IMG/VR virus record: IMGVR_UViG_3300042196_000093
DNA length: 64,000 nt
Direction: 5' to 3' (one strand)
From: a virus
Shown here: piece after piece, positions 16,484 to 26,350 of the stretch
Layout: every line of letters starts with the position of its first letter
Numbering within the stretch: the stretch's first letter is position 1
Program-made: the position numbers and the translations under genes
The notes under the pieces: model-generated
The model's input: the letters and a program-made list of their open reading frames with translations, nothing else
What the model was told of the DNA's origin: nothing
Database searches by the model: none

Positions 16484-17497
16484 TTAGCTATCCCAGAACC
16501 AGTCGGGTTCGCCAGCCTTGGCGATGACCTGTCTCCGGTCCTCTGGAGTAAGATCATTCCAGTCGATCTTCTTTCCAGAGGCTGCAACAGGCAATGTGCA
16601 TAGCAGAGCTTCCTTCCCGAAGGCACGCACACCGTGGTAGAGGTCCACGGCCTTGTCACGGGCGTCGGTGTCGAGCCCAATGTAGATACGCTCCGAAGGA
16701 TGCGTGACGATCTGAAATATCTGCACAGGCGTGACGCCCTTGCCAAACGTAGCCACACCGGACATCCCCACCTGATCGCAGGCCCACGAGTTGAAGCAGC
16801 CCTCAGTCACGCACAGGGCCTTGGCATCCTTGTGCTTCTCAAGGTTGTAGACCAGAGCCTTGCGGGAAATCTTCACCTCATCATTGCGCGGGTTGTTGTA
16901 CTTGATGGGCTGCGTCTTGGTGTAGTCCCATGCCTGCCACCAGACCAGTTCGTTGCGGAAATACACAGGCAACACAACTCGCTGATCCCACCTGCCACCA
17001 AAGCCCCAGCCTGCCCTATTTTCCACAATCTGTTGGTAATCGAATCCACGCTTCGCCAATGCTTGGATCATGGAAATTACCATTTCCTCCTCGACCTTAT
17101 AGACAGGTTTTCCCCAACCGAAGAACTGAGTATTTTCCGGCACGACCTGATTGCTTTCCTGCACGGCTGGGAGCGCGGAAAACTTCTGCGAGAGCCCGGC
17201 GAATATCTCCTTGAAGGCGTCGGCTGGTTGGATGAATTCACCCGCCTCCACTCCCAAAATAATGCGGGCTTGTTTGCGCTCTACACTCTTGACGTGCTCG
17301 ATGATGCCGTAGGCGCTGCCGCCCTCAAGACAGCGGTAGCACGTGAACTGAGCGGTTTCCTTGTTGACCCAGAGCGTGGCTTCATGGCCGCAGAAGCAGC
17401 AGTCACAGATCATCTCGTCGCCGGTCGTGTACTTGTAAGAGAGTTCGCCGTAGACGAACTCCATCAGCTTGCTCTGGTTGAACCATCTCTTAGCCAT
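16484..17497 (-). CDS. DNA primase (Zn finger plus TOPRIM)
   Basis: CCFCGH...CYRC Zn finger; TEGCFN and IGLDTDA TOPRIM motifs; next to the helicase. Confidence 0.9.
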   Translation of the reverse strand: MAKRWFNQSKLMEFVYGELSYKYTTGDEMICDCCFCGHEATLWVNKETAQFTCYRCLEGGSAYGIIEHVKSVERKQARIILGVEAGEFIQPADAFKEIFAGLSQKFSALPAVQESNQVVPENTQFFGWGKPVYKVEEEMVISMIQALAKRGFDYQQIVENRAGWGFGGRWDQRVVLPVYFRNELVWWQAWDYTKTQPIKYNNPRNDEVKISRKALVYNLEKHKDAKALCVTEGCFNSWACDQVGMSGVATFGKGVTPVQIFQIVTHPSERIYIGLDTDARDKAVDLYHGVRAFGKEALLCTLPVAASGKKIDWNDLTPEDRRQVIAKAGEPDWFWDS

Positions 17498-19946
17498 GAG
17501 CCGCACCCGGCACAAAGCGGGACATCATGTTCATCACGTTCTCCGCCTGCCTCTCGGCACCGGCAGCCCCCATGTGGCGTTCGTCTTCCTCAAGGCGCGA
17601 GAGTTCGTAGAACATATTGAAGCCGACCTCGACGTACTTCCTCTGGTTACGGTTCTTGGCGAAGAAGATTCTGCCACGGTTGTTCGCCTGCTCAAGCTCG
17701 GTCTGGCAGTTGCTGACAAGAACTCCACTAGCTAAATAAAAATTGTGATTGTCAGCCACCTCAATGTCCAACTGCTGCCGGTTCACACAGTCTGCCGGTT
17801 CGCTACTCGTGACCACCACTGACAAGGCCCCCATAGTCCCCCGTTTGATTGCGGGAAAATGAAACTGTTTTGTCCCACGTTTTACCGGCTTATGCGTCAG
17901 ATGTCTTTTCACCCACGAAAGCACACTACGACTGCTGGGCGCATCAAAGAAAGTCGCCCCATTATGGAACGTAGCATTCCACCCACGTGATCTGAACCAA
18001 GCCTTCAACAACTTACGCGACCTCACGGAAAACCCCTGTGTAGCGATGCGCACATAACCATGCCGGTTGATCGTTCCGTCATCCATCAACCAGACAGCCA
18101 TACCCAAAGCATCAAGCTGCCCCAACACACCCACTGGAATTTCCTTTTTTCCTTGTGGATAAAACTGCTCACGTAACTCATTCAACCACGAAGCGCGAAG
18201 CACACAAACACGCCCCTTTCGCTGACGAATCCGGTAGCCTTTGTACTCGGTTGCAGCGTGAGTAACCGTGTAGCATTTTCCTTCAAGCACATCAGCTTTC
18301 CAATCTGCATAGCCCTTCTGCGCCCAACCGTGCTCTACTTTCAGCCTCCCTGCGCGGTCGATATACCCATCCCCCAGCAAAGTCCCCAGCACTACTTGCT
18401 GCTGCTGTGCAGTAAACCTGTATCCATAACCCATGACCATTACACCCGGAGCTAGGTTCTTTGCTCTAACCTTCCTGCCTGATAGGAGAAAATACTCATG
18501 CTCTGGCGTGGTCAGTGTGGATTTTGAGGCACCGACCGCTGTAGTACGAACTCGCAGAAAACCGTTCTTAGGAGCAAGCCCATTGTGAAACCAACGAAGC
18601 AGCGGCTTCCACTCGTCTTTGCCTGTACTAAAATTATGACTCAGCACGCGCAGACCCGTACCAACGTGCTTCTTTAGGTCCAATATTTTGATCGGTCCTT
18701 TTTCCGTCAGCACTCGTTGATCACGATGCAAGCACAAGAACATGATGATGTCCGCAATGCCTGCCTTGCCGAAGTCCTCCGCCAGCTTGTCCAGATTGAT
18801 GCGCTCCTGCCCGACAGACTCCCGGTTGGTCTGCGTGGCCGTCACCACGGCAACATTCATGTCCACGGCCATTGCACGAAGGTCTGTGTAAATTTCCTGC
18901 AACTGGTGACGCCTCTCCTGCTGGTTGAATTGAGGACGCAGCAGATCGGCGTAGTCCACGACCACGCACTTGATCTTCTTCGGCGTCCGAGACTGAACCG
19001 CCATCACATAGTTCTCGATGTCATGGATCGTAGCCCGGCCAGCAGGAAATTGCTTGATGAACAACGGCGCTTGGTTCGCAGAAAAATACTTGATCCACTC
19101 CCAGATCACTGCCGGATTGTTCATCTCTGCCCACTTGCCCGGTATCGTGCGCACGATGTTCGAGATGATTTTCTGCATGATGAGCAAGGCACTTTGCTCG
19201 GCAGTGATGTAGATGACAGGCTCGCAGTGCTGTAGGAAGCCTGCGGCGAAGTCGCACATCACGGTCGTCTTGCCCGTGTTGGGTGGAGCGCCGACCACAG
19301 TCAACTCCTTCACGCCTACGCCGCCGCCCATCGTCCTGTCCAAGCCGGGCTTGCCCACAGGAATGAACTCACGAATTTCCGGCGTCCAGATGGTGTTCCA
19401 CGACTGCTCAAGGTTCAGGAACAGTTCGAGTCCAAGGTCTGAGCCTGCGTAGCCTATCTGGGCAATTTCCTGCGCCTTCCTGATGAGGTTGATCTGCTGT
19501 AGGTCTTTGCCTTGGTCGATGGCATTCTTCGCCTCAACCAGCAGGGACATCTCCGCACGCTTGCGCACCCACGCGAAGGTGTTGTCACGGACGTACTGCG
19601 CCTCATTCTGGATCAAGGGCTCGTCATACAATTTCCAGCAATAGTAATCGTAGCCCTGCTTGTAGTAGGACTGCCACTCCGACTTCACACCAGTCAGAGC
19701 GTTTGCAGCCCATGTCTGGAATATCATCTTCGTTGGCGGAGTTCTTGCCTGATCGAAGTATCCGTACACGACGCGGATTGCCGCCATCATGTACTCAGCC
19801 CCCTGCGCCTGCTGGTTGAAGAACTCCAGAGGCAAGTGAGGTTGAACGACCCGCATAAATTGCGGGTCGCGTACCATTAGCTTCACGACGGCTTCTTGGA
19901 AGCTGCCGGGGAAATTATTTTCCGGCGTCCAAGATTGCAGTGTCAC
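17490..19946 (-). CDS. dnaB: replicative DNA helicase, DnaB/T4 gp41-like, intein-containing
   Basis: GAPPNTGKT Walker A, VVVDYADLL Walker B, ATQTNR motif, FFAKNR arginine finger after the intein. Confidence 0.92.
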   Translation of the reverse strand: MTLQSWTPENNFPGSFQEAVVKLMVRDPQFMRVVQPHLPLEFFNQQAQGAEYMMAAIRVVYGYFDQARTPPTKMIFQTWAANALTGVKSEWQSYYKQGYDYYCWKLYDEPLIQNEAQYVRDNTFAWVRKRAEMSLLVEAKNAIDQGKDLQQINLIRKAQEIAQIGYAGSDLGLELFLNLEQSWNTIWTPEIREFIPVGKPGLDRTMGGGVGVKELTVVGAPPNTGKTTVMCDFAAGFLQHCEPVIYITAEQSALLIMQKIISNIVRTIPGKWAEMNNPAVIWEWIKYFSANQAPLFIKQFPAGRATIHDIENYVMAVQSRTPKKIKCVVVDYADLLRPQFNQQERRHQLQEIYTDLRAMAVDMNVAVVTATQTNRESVGQERINLDKLAEDFGKAGIADIIMFLCLHRDQRVLTEKGPIKILDLKKHVGTGLRVLSHNFSTGKDEWKPLLRWFHNGLAPKNGFLRVRTTAVGASKSTLTTPEHEYFLLSGRKVRAKNLAPGVMVMGYGYRFTAQQQQVVLGTLLGDGYIDRAGRLKVEHGWAQKGYADWKADVLEGKCYTVTHAATEYKGYRIRQRKGRVCVLRASWLNELREQFYPQGKKEIPVGVLGQLDALGMAVWLMDDGTINRHGYVRIATQGFSVRSRKLLKAWFRSRGWNATFHNGATFFDAPSSRSVLSWVKRHLTHKPVKRGTKQFHFPAIKRGTMGALSVVVTSSEPADCVNRQQLDIEVADNHNFYLASGVLVSNCQTELEQANNRGRIFFAKNRNQRKYVEVGFNMFYELSRLEEDERHMGAAGAERQAENVMNMMSRFVPGAAHG
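17709..18734 (-). mobile_element. intein with LAGLIDADG homing endonuclease (342 aa, residues 405-746)
   Basis: Begins CLHRDQRV, contains TPEHEYF (block B), VLGTLLGDG and VWLMDDG, ends DIEVADNHNFYLASGVLVSN followed by Cys+1; more AT-rich than the flanks. Confidence 0.92.
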
Positions 19947-20562
19947 GTGCTGACCTCACCTGTTGATAGAACCACTTGTTGCCGTTCAGTTCCACGAGCA
20001 CCGCATTCACTTCATCCACAGTCTTCTGGTTGACGACTCTCGCGTTCAACAGTTCGAGAAACACAACATCCGTGGCTAAGAAGTACGACGACAGGGCATG
20101 GTACTGGTTCAACAGGCGCTGTTTATAGTCTGGCTGGAATTTCACCCAACCAGCAAGAAACTCCACGTCAGTCACCATCCGAGAACGGATCAAGTCCAGC
20201 TTGCCCCTGATGGTTTGATCCTGTACCACAGCGTCAGCCATAGTGCGCTTCCGGTACTCGTGGTACTTCTCGTGCAGCCAGTCGGCAATCAGCGTGTTGG
20301 GGCGCTCGATCACGACGGCGTGTGTTGACACTGCCCATCGCAGGAATTCCTCGGCGTCGTATTTCCAGATGCGCAGCTTGCCTGCGAGTTTCTTGAACAC
20401 GGTCATCCAGCGGCTACCTCCCTGCTGACGCGGGTTGTGCAGCCATCGGGCAGTGCCCGTGAGACTATGTGTGACATCTCGAAAGGTGGCCATCAGACTG
20501 ATCGCTGCGGCGGTGTCATCGCAGGCCGCCACAGATGGCGGTTCAGCAAACGTGGGGTTCAT
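19915..20562 (-). CDS. hypothetical helical protein upstream of the helicase (helicase-loader candidate by position only)
   Basis: Start refined to ATG 20562 after GAGGAAGAAGGA. Confidence 0.65.
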   Translation of the reverse strand: MNPTFAEPPSVAACDDTAAAISLMATFRDVTHSLTGTARWLHNPRQQGGSRWMTVFKKLAGKLRIWKYDAEEFLRWAVSTHAVVIERPNTLIADWLHEKYHEYRKRTMADAVVQDQTIRGKLDLIRSRMVTDVEFLAGWVKFQPDYKQRLLNQYHALSSYFLATDVVFLELLNARVVNQKTVDEVNAVLVELNGNKWFYQQVRSARDTAILDAGK

Positions 20563-20759
20563 TGGGTTCCTTCTTCCTCGGCGAACTGATGGAACCTTTC
20601 TACTTCGGAACTTTCCAGTCAAAACTTTAGTTCTCTCTTGCACTGTTTACTCGGAACTCTCTACACTACCACACGTCGTGCCTTGTGGCGTCAAGACCAC
20701 AAGATGCGCGGCTCCTTCTCACCCGACTTCCTTTCTTCTTGGAAAGTCGGCCACGGCAA

Positions 20760-20794
20760 AGAAGCCCCGGCGAAAGTCGGGGCTTCTCTTTTGA
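20760..20794 (+). terminator. intrinsic terminator / insulator hairpin
   Basis: AGAAGCCCCGGC-GAAA-GTCGGGGCTTCT with GNRA loop, followed by CTTTT. Confidence 0.75.
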
Positions 20795-20819
20795 CGATAG
20801 TATACCACCGAAGTATAGT
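20791..20819 (+). promoter_or_regulatory. sigma70-type promoter for the replication/recombination operon
   Basis: TTGACG-N17-TATAGT. Confidence 0.85.
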
Positions 20820-20944
20820 CCCTCTCGCCAAGGCTGACCTTTCTTGAAGAAAGGAGCAAACAACCATGTGATCAACAATTTCCCGCAAAACTCGCCGATC
20901 ATTGGCGAGCATGTTCGCTTACCACCAGATCAAAGGTTCATCAG

Positions 20945-21346
20945 ATGAAAAAACAAACAGTCAGTGTGATCACTGGAAAAGTCGCAGCCAAGAACGGCAT
21001 AGTTCCTTTCGCACAACTCCCAAACTGGATCATGGGTCTACCAATTTCCGGCGATGCCAAAATCATCTACTGCTTCCTCCACAGCCTCGCGCTGAAATTC
21101 AACAACAATGTTTTTCCTTCATACGAAACTATCGCTGGCCTAACTGGCGTGAGCATCAGGTCCATCAGCAACCATCTCAAAACATTGGAAGCAATGGCGG
21201 CCATAACCCGACAGCAGAGGCGAAACAAGCAGAAGCGAACTTCAAACCTCTACTTGGTGAATTTCATTCCACCAGAAAACCTCGAATATCTGGTCTTGCT
21301 GGCGACATCTAAGGCATGGAAACCCGGAGAAATAGAGTCTCTCTAA
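20945..21346 (+). CDS. winged-HTH replication initiator-like protein (HTH_36-type)
   Basis: FAQLPNWI...ISGDAKIIYCFL...FPSYETIAGLTGVSIRSISNHLKTLE...TSNLY is typical of phage initiator N-termini; iterons follow. Confidence 0.8.
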   Translation: MKKQTVSVITGKVAAKNGIVPFAQLPNWIMGLPISGDAKIIYCFLHSLALKFNNNVFPSYETIAGLTGVSIRSISNHLKTLEAMAAITRQQRRNKQKRTSNLYLVNFIPPENLEYLVLLATSKAWKPGEIESL

Positions 21347-21479
21347 AGGAAAAAATTGCCTGTAGCCTAAAGGCAAAAATTGCCTGTAGGTGTCACCACT
21401 CTGCTAAAGGCAAAAATTGCCTTAGAAAGACTTTAGGTAAACAGAGGTACTACCTTAGTAGTTCTTACGAACTACTAAG
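21343..21479. repeat. putative replication origin: three iterons plus an inverted repeat
   Basis: CTAAAGG(A/C)AAAAATTGCCT at 21343, 21367 and 21404, with internal dyad AGGCAA-AAA-TTGCCT; CTTAGTAGTTC-ttac-GAACTACTAAG at 21454-21479; AT-rich. Confidence 0.8.
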
Positions 21480-21508
21480 AGCAGCGTGCGCTGCTCGCGG
21501 AGGATTTC

Positions 21509-22915
21509 ATGCCGGTTACTTTAGTTGAAGACACAAACTGGACAGAGGTGTACGTCACGGATTATCCGGTGTCGAACATCCATGCAATTCTGGAATCCAT
21601 CCTGTCGGTGCCGCCAGTACAGGATGAAGAATTTCCAGCGTTCTTCCAGCCGGGCTATCCTTTCTTCATGCGTGGCCTCACGCCCTACGTCGTGCAGGAA
21701 TTGTTCAGGTACGGAATTCACACAGAGTGGCACCAGCGCCCGCGAGCATTGAACAACTACTCACCTTGCCCGGTGGAGTTCGGCAGGCCGTTGCAGAATT
21801 GGGTCGTGGACGAGATGCTCAAGCATCGCTACGGCGTCATCGACATTGCCACACGCTTCGGAAAATCCTTTGTCTACTTGCAGTGGTACTTCCGAGCAGG
21901 CAGGCCACGCACCTTGATCTTCGCCCCGACCGCAGACATTGCTGGTCAGATGCGAGAAGACTTCCGAAAAGTGACTGGCGAGCCGATAGGGATGGTTGCA
22001 GCTACTGTCCAGAAGGAACCAGACTGGCAGAACCTCACCATCTGCATTGAGAACTCCTTGTTCGATGGAAAATCAGGCGGGCAGATCAAGCCAGAATTTC
22101 TGCCGTACCTCGCTGCCTGCGAAGGCCGCATCCGCGATGAGTGCCACAAAGCAGGCAACATGCAGGCCAACGCTTACATGGCCATGCCCAATTGCATCTA
22201 CTCGTGGGGGAGCAGCGCGACTCCTCTGGTGGGTCACGATTACAAAGACTACGGCTTGATCGGCTGGCATGGGCCAAAGCGTGTGGAAATTACAGCAGCC
22301 TGCGCGGCAGCCTATGGCCTCCTTGCTCCGGTGAACGCTGTATGGCTGCCATTCCGCCACGACGGTGAAATTCTTTCAGAAGACTACGACGAGAAATACA
22401 AGTCGTCAGTTGTGCAGAATTTCCGGCGCAACCAGATGATCGCATGGATGGCACGCGAACTTTCAGAGCAGGGAAAGACCGGCTTGATCTTCGTGAATTA
22501 CAGCGAGCAGGGTCAGCGAATTGCAAACGACATCCCCGGCTCAATGGTCGTAGCCTCCGTGCTCATCAGCCAGCCCGAGGCCGACCTCATCAAGCGCCAG
22601 TTCAATTCCGGCGAGATCAAGGTAGTGTGCTGCACAAAGAAGTGGCGCGAGGGTGTGACCTTCAATTGCGACTTCGCCATCAATGCTGAGGCCATGCAGG
22701 CAGACCATGTGACGGTGCAGAAACTCGGGCGCGGCCTGATGCCAAGAACTGATGGGCGTCCGTTTCTGTGGGTGGATATTGATGATTATGGTGTAAAGAT
22801 GTTGCGTCGTTGGGCCGATAAGAGAAGGGACTGTCTCGACAACGAAGGCTGGTCGCAGACGAACTTCATGGACCCGCGTGCTTTTCAACGTGCCTTGCGG
22901 AGCGGTGAACTATGA
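21509..22915 (+). CDS. superfamily 2 DExH helicase, UvsW-like
   Basis: ATRFGKS, RDECH, SATP and QKLGRG motifs. Confidence 0.88.
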   Translation: MPVTLVEDTNWTEVYVTDYPVSNIHAILESILSVPPVQDEEFPAFFQPGYPFFMRGLTPYVVQELFRYGIHTEWHQRPRALNNYSPCPVEFGRPLQNWVVDEMLKHRYGVIDIATRFGKSFVYLQWYFRAGRPRTLIFAPTADIAGQMREDFRKVTGEPIGMVAATVQKEPDWQNLTICIENSLFDGKSGGQIKPEFLPYLAACEGRIRDECHKAGNMQANAYMAMPNCIYSWGSSATPLVGHDYKDYGLIGWHGPKRVEITAACAAAYGLLAPVNAVWLPFRHDGEILSEDYDEKYKSSVVQNFRRNQMIAWMARELSEQGKTGLIFVNYSEQGQRIANDIPGSMVVASVLISQPEADLIKRQFNSGEIKVVCCTKKWREGVTFNCDFAINAEAMQADHVTVQKLGRGLMPRTDGRPFLWVDIDDYGVKMLRRWADKRRDCLDNEGWSQTNFMDPRAFQRALRSGEL

Positions 22916-24216
22916 CGCCAGAAGAACTGCGTAAGTCCATGCGGGCCGACGAACCTTCGTCTGCTTCGGCAATTCCCTTCAAGTCAGACATCCTGAACCT
23001 GCTCACTGGTGGAATTCAGTGCGGTTTCATCACGGAAATTTCTGGCAACCCCAGCATGTTCAAAAGCACGCTGGCCTGCGAATGTGTTGGCCATGCCTTG
23101 AACCTCGGCGGCCATGTGATCGTGTTTGACAAAGAGCGGAAAATGACCGAGAGCAGATTCACCACTCTCGGCATCAACAACGCCACCAAGAACAACGAGC
23201 ACTTCTGGTACTTCAAAGACATCGTGCCTGCAACCAAGGCTGACGACCTCATCAACATCGAGAGGTTGTTCGAGAACGCCACCACGATTCACCGGACGAT
23301 CCGCGAAGACGACTTGAACAAAGTGCGTGCCCGTTTCCTTGAGGGAAAAGCCAAGAAGGAGGAAATGGAGCACTACGCCGGAGTCCTCGGCGTCAGCGAT
23401 CAATGGCGTGGGCGCACCGACAAAGAAGGCCAGTGCGCAACCATCGCAGGAAAAGACGGAAAGAATTTCGTCACAGCCAGCCAGCTACGTCAGCAGGATA
23501 AATCCCTCATCCTGATCGTCGTAGACAGCACCACGGCTGTGCCCGCCCGCGAGGAGGCGTTCGATGCCAAGACGGGTTTGCCAAACCTCAGCCCGCAGCC
23601 CGCTTTACAGGCCCGCGTCTGGAGCCAGCTACTGCGCAACTGCTTGTTCATGGACGAGCGCGTAGCCATGCTCCAGCTTGCCCAGATCAGGACAGCCGGG
23701 ATCATGGGCAAAGGACACCCGTACAAGCGGGCTGCGGTAACTGCGGCACAAGAATTCTACAACACCGTGCGCCTGCAACTCTACGCCGGTGGAGCGGGCT
23801 CTGTGCTGTACCGTGATCCGCGTTCTGGCGGCATCCTCAAGGCAGACAAGCTCGTCGCCACCAGCGACCAGCTTTATCAGCTTGGCAATATCGTCTCCTG
23901 CGCGATCAAGAAGAACCTCGACTCGATGCAGATGGACGTACCGTTGTTCATGCTAGGCGCGACAGGCACTGACCCGGTGAACAGCCTGTGGGAATTCTTT
24001 CACGAGAGCGGATTCGTCAAGCACACATCGGGTGGCTGGTGGCAATTGCAGGGTGATTTCTTTGCCTGCTGGCCACAGAATTTCAAAATCGAAAGCTGGT
24101 TCCAGATTTACTCCGAAGTCGGGCAGGAAATCTGGAAGGCTCTGTTGAACTGGAAAAAAGAAATCATCCACGGAAAGCAAGGAAATGGAAAAGGCACCCA
24201 ACCAGCATTCCGTTAG
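22912..24216 (+). CDS. uvsX: RecA/UvsX-like recombinase
   Basis: GNPSMFKST Walker A with the FKS variant seen in T4 UvsX, FDKE, IVVDS Walker B, AQIR. Confidence 0.8.
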   Translation: MTPEELRKSMRADEPSSASAIPFKSDILNLLTGGIQCGFITEISGNPSMFKSTLACECVGHALNLGGHVIVFDKERKMTESRFTTLGINNATKNNEHFWYFKDIVPATKADDLINIERLFENATTIHRTIREDDLNKVRARFLEGKAKKEEMEHYAGVLGVSDQWRGRTDKEGQCATIAGKDGKNFVTASQLRQQDKSLILIVVDSTTAVPAREEAFDAKTGLPNLSPQPALQARVWSQLLRNCLFMDERVAMLQLAQIRTAGIMGKGHPYKRAAVTAAQEFYNTVRLQLYAGGAGSVLYRDPRSGGILKADKLVATSDQLYQLGNIVSCAIKKNLDSMQMDVPLFMLGATGTDPVNSLWEFFHESGFVKHTSGGWWQLQGDFFACWPQNFKIESWFQIYSEVGQEIWKALLNWKKEIIHGKQGNGKGTQPAFR

Positions 24217-24853
24217 ACCGACCGATCTGCACTACAAAGGCCGTCGCATTTTTATACCCGCCCACTCATTGGGCGACAGGCCAGACATCGTGCAGGCGCT
24301 AGGACCGGGCGAAGCCTATCTCGGGCACCTTGCCAGCAAGCGGGCGTTGAACTGCATCCCTGACGATGAAGTCATCAGTATGCTTTGCCGCGACCTCGCA
24401 GGCGAACTTGTCATTGACGACAACGCCGAGCTTTCCTTTGCAGACCCGCAGATCGAGTTCACCGAACTTGATTCAGACCAATGGCAGGACATGAATTACA
24501 AAGCCGACGATCCAACAACAATGGATTCCGGTTCGATCATCTTCAAGGCCAGCCAGCTTGGCTTCCTGCGCATGGCCTGCCACGTCAGCCATCCATTCTG
24601 GTTTCCAGAAGCCGGTGACATGGTGAACAACTCTTTACGTGTCAAGGCTGCACTGTACTGCAACCGAACACCCGGCGTGCAGAATTTCGTCCCCGTGATT
24701 CCCTACACCGCATTGTTCTCGATTCCCAAGTTGTGGGTCGCCAAGAAGGAGCGTGTGTTGGCGGAATTGAAAGAACGCCTGCTGACGCTGTACCGCGAGG
24801 GCTTTGAGATCAACCTCTCCAACGAGCGCCGGATCAAGGAGGCGAAGAAATGA
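24185..24853 (+). CDS. hypothetical in the recombination cluster
   Basis: ORF track; overlaps both neighbours. Confidence 0.7.
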   Translation: MEKAPNQHSVRPTDLHYKGRRIFIPAHSLGDRPDIVQALGPGEAYLGHLASKRALNCIPDDEVISMLCRDLAGELVIDDNAELSFADPQIEFTELDSDQWQDMNYKADDPTTMDSGSIIFKASQLGFLRMACHVSHPFWFPEAGDMVNNSLRVKAALYCNRTPGVQNFVPVIPYTALFSIPKLWVAKKERVLAELKERLLTLYREGFEINLSNERRIKEAKK

Positions 24854-25854
24854 TCCTCGTGATCGACCTGATGAACATGGCGCACCGTGCCGCCCACGCC
24901 CACGAAGAACTCTGGTCAAAGACCAGCGGCCAGTTCACAGGAATTTATTACGGCGTCGTGGCCATGCTGGTGAAATTGGTCAGCGAATTGAAGCCAGATC
25001 ACGTCTGGCTGGTCAGCGACCCAATCGACTACCGGGACAAGGGCTGCTGGCGCAACAAGTATTTTCCTGAGTACAAACAACGCCACAAGAAGCGCGATGA
25101 GAAGTCGGAAAAGCACTATCAAGCTATCCAAAGCCAGTTCCCAGAACTGCGGCAGGCCCTGCTGCACATGAATGTCTTCTGGTTCGAGCAGGCGTACATG
25201 GAGGCAGACGACATCATCGGCTACTTGCGGATGCGCTACATGAACACGCCGCTCATCGTGGTGTCCACCGACCGCGATCTGTTCCCGCTGATCTCGCCGA
25301 ATTTCACCGTGTACTATCCCGGCAAACCGCACCGCTGGTTGACGCACAGCAATTTCACCGATATGAGCATCCACTTCTTCAAGGAGAACAAGAAGCTACC
25401 AGCGGAAAAGCAGATCAAGCTCACGCTACCACAATGGGCGGAGTACCGCTGGTTGACCGGCGACAAGTCGGACATGATCCCCGGCGTGCCCGGATGCGGC
25501 GAGAAACGTGCGCTGGAAATTCTACTCACGCATGGAGGCTACAATTCATTCTGCGAGAAGATGGCTGTGCAGGAAAAGGTGTCCAAGACACACAAGAAGA
25601 TGTTCAGTGAGGCTGCCCAGAAGGTCTACGCGCTGAACGCCTTCCTGATGCGTCTGGAGCCGCCACAAGCCCCGCAGCCATTCGACATGAGCAACGCTCT
25701 GTGCAAGATGGGTTTCGCTGACCTCGGCTGGCTTTCCCAATGGATGGCCTATCACGACTTTTCCGACAGCCAAGGCAGCCTGCTCGCCAAGCTGCAAGGC
25801 TCGCCTTTGTGCAGACCTCTAGGATCACCTTATGACAAACTCCCAAGCTATTGA
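24850..25854 (+). CDS. 5'-3' exonuclease / flap endonuclease (T4 RNase H / T5 D15 family)
   Basis: VIDLMN, WRNKYFPEYKQR, EADDIIG, STDRDL and GDKSDMIPGVPGCGEKRA motifs. Confidence 0.92.
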   Translation: MILVIDLMNMAHRAAHAHEELWSKTSGQFTGIYYGVVAMLVKLVSELKPDHVWLVSDPIDYRDKGCWRNKYFPEYKQRHKKRDEKSEKHYQAIQSQFPELRQALLHMNVFWFEQAYMEADDIIGYLRMRYMNTPLIVVSTDRDLFPLISPNFTVYYPGKPHRWLTHSNFTDMSIHFFKENKKLPAEKQIKLTLPQWAEYRWLTGDKSDMIPGVPGCGEKRALEILLTHGGYNSFCEKMAVQEKVSKTHKKMFSEAAQKVYALNAFLMRLEPPQAPQPFDMSNALCKMGFADLGWLSQWMAYHDFSDSQGSLLAKLQGSPLCRPLGSPYDKLPSY

Positions 25855-26350
25855 ACGATGGAGGGAAATTCCAAACACAGGCGGAGCCTACGAGGCTTCA
25901 TCATTGGGGCGTCTTCGTAGCGTTGCTCGTTTGAACGCAAGAGGACGAAATATCAAAGGAAAAATCCTAAGCCCTGCTCCAGCAGGAAGGGGCTACCTAC
26001 AAGTAACACTTTACGTCAACGGAAAAAAGAAGCGGAAATACATCCATTGCGGTGTTCTTGAAGCCTTCGTAGGCCAATGTCCAGAAGGCATGGAAAGTAG
26101 ACATCTCGATGGATGCATGACGAACAATAAACCCACCAATCTGTGCTGGGGAACGCACATCCAGAACATGCGAGATCGTAGGGCACATGGGACTGATGTC
26201 GGTGCAAGAAAATTGACAACCACTCAAGTTCGGAAAATAAAAAACCGACAGTTCAAACAGGGTGACGTTGCTAAATTAGTAAAGGAACTCGTATGCGACC
26301 CAAAGACAATCTACAACATTCGATATGGCATTCATAGAAAGACTGGTTGA
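25832..26350 (+). mobile_element. NUMOD4-HNH homing endonuclease
   Basis: WREIPNTGGAYEASSLGRLRS (NUMOD4) plus HCGVLEAF...RHLDGCMTNNKPTNLCWGTHIQN; AT-rich. Confidence 0.9.

Noticed and set aside
16455-16490. AGGTTCGATCCT resembling a tRNA T-loop
   Set aside because: The loop is one base short, there is no 5-bp T stem, and no acceptor, D or anticodon arms could be built.
20590-20700. Leftward sigma70 promoter for the helicase operon (TTGACG at about 20693, TTGACT at about 20630)
   Set aside because: Plausible, but no -10 hexamer at 16-18 bp spacing, so it was not listed as a feature.
21343-21422. Repeats considered as a mini CRISPR array
   Set aside because: Spacers are only about 5 and 18 bp between the 19-bp cores, and no cas genes are present; position after an HTH initiator fits iterons.
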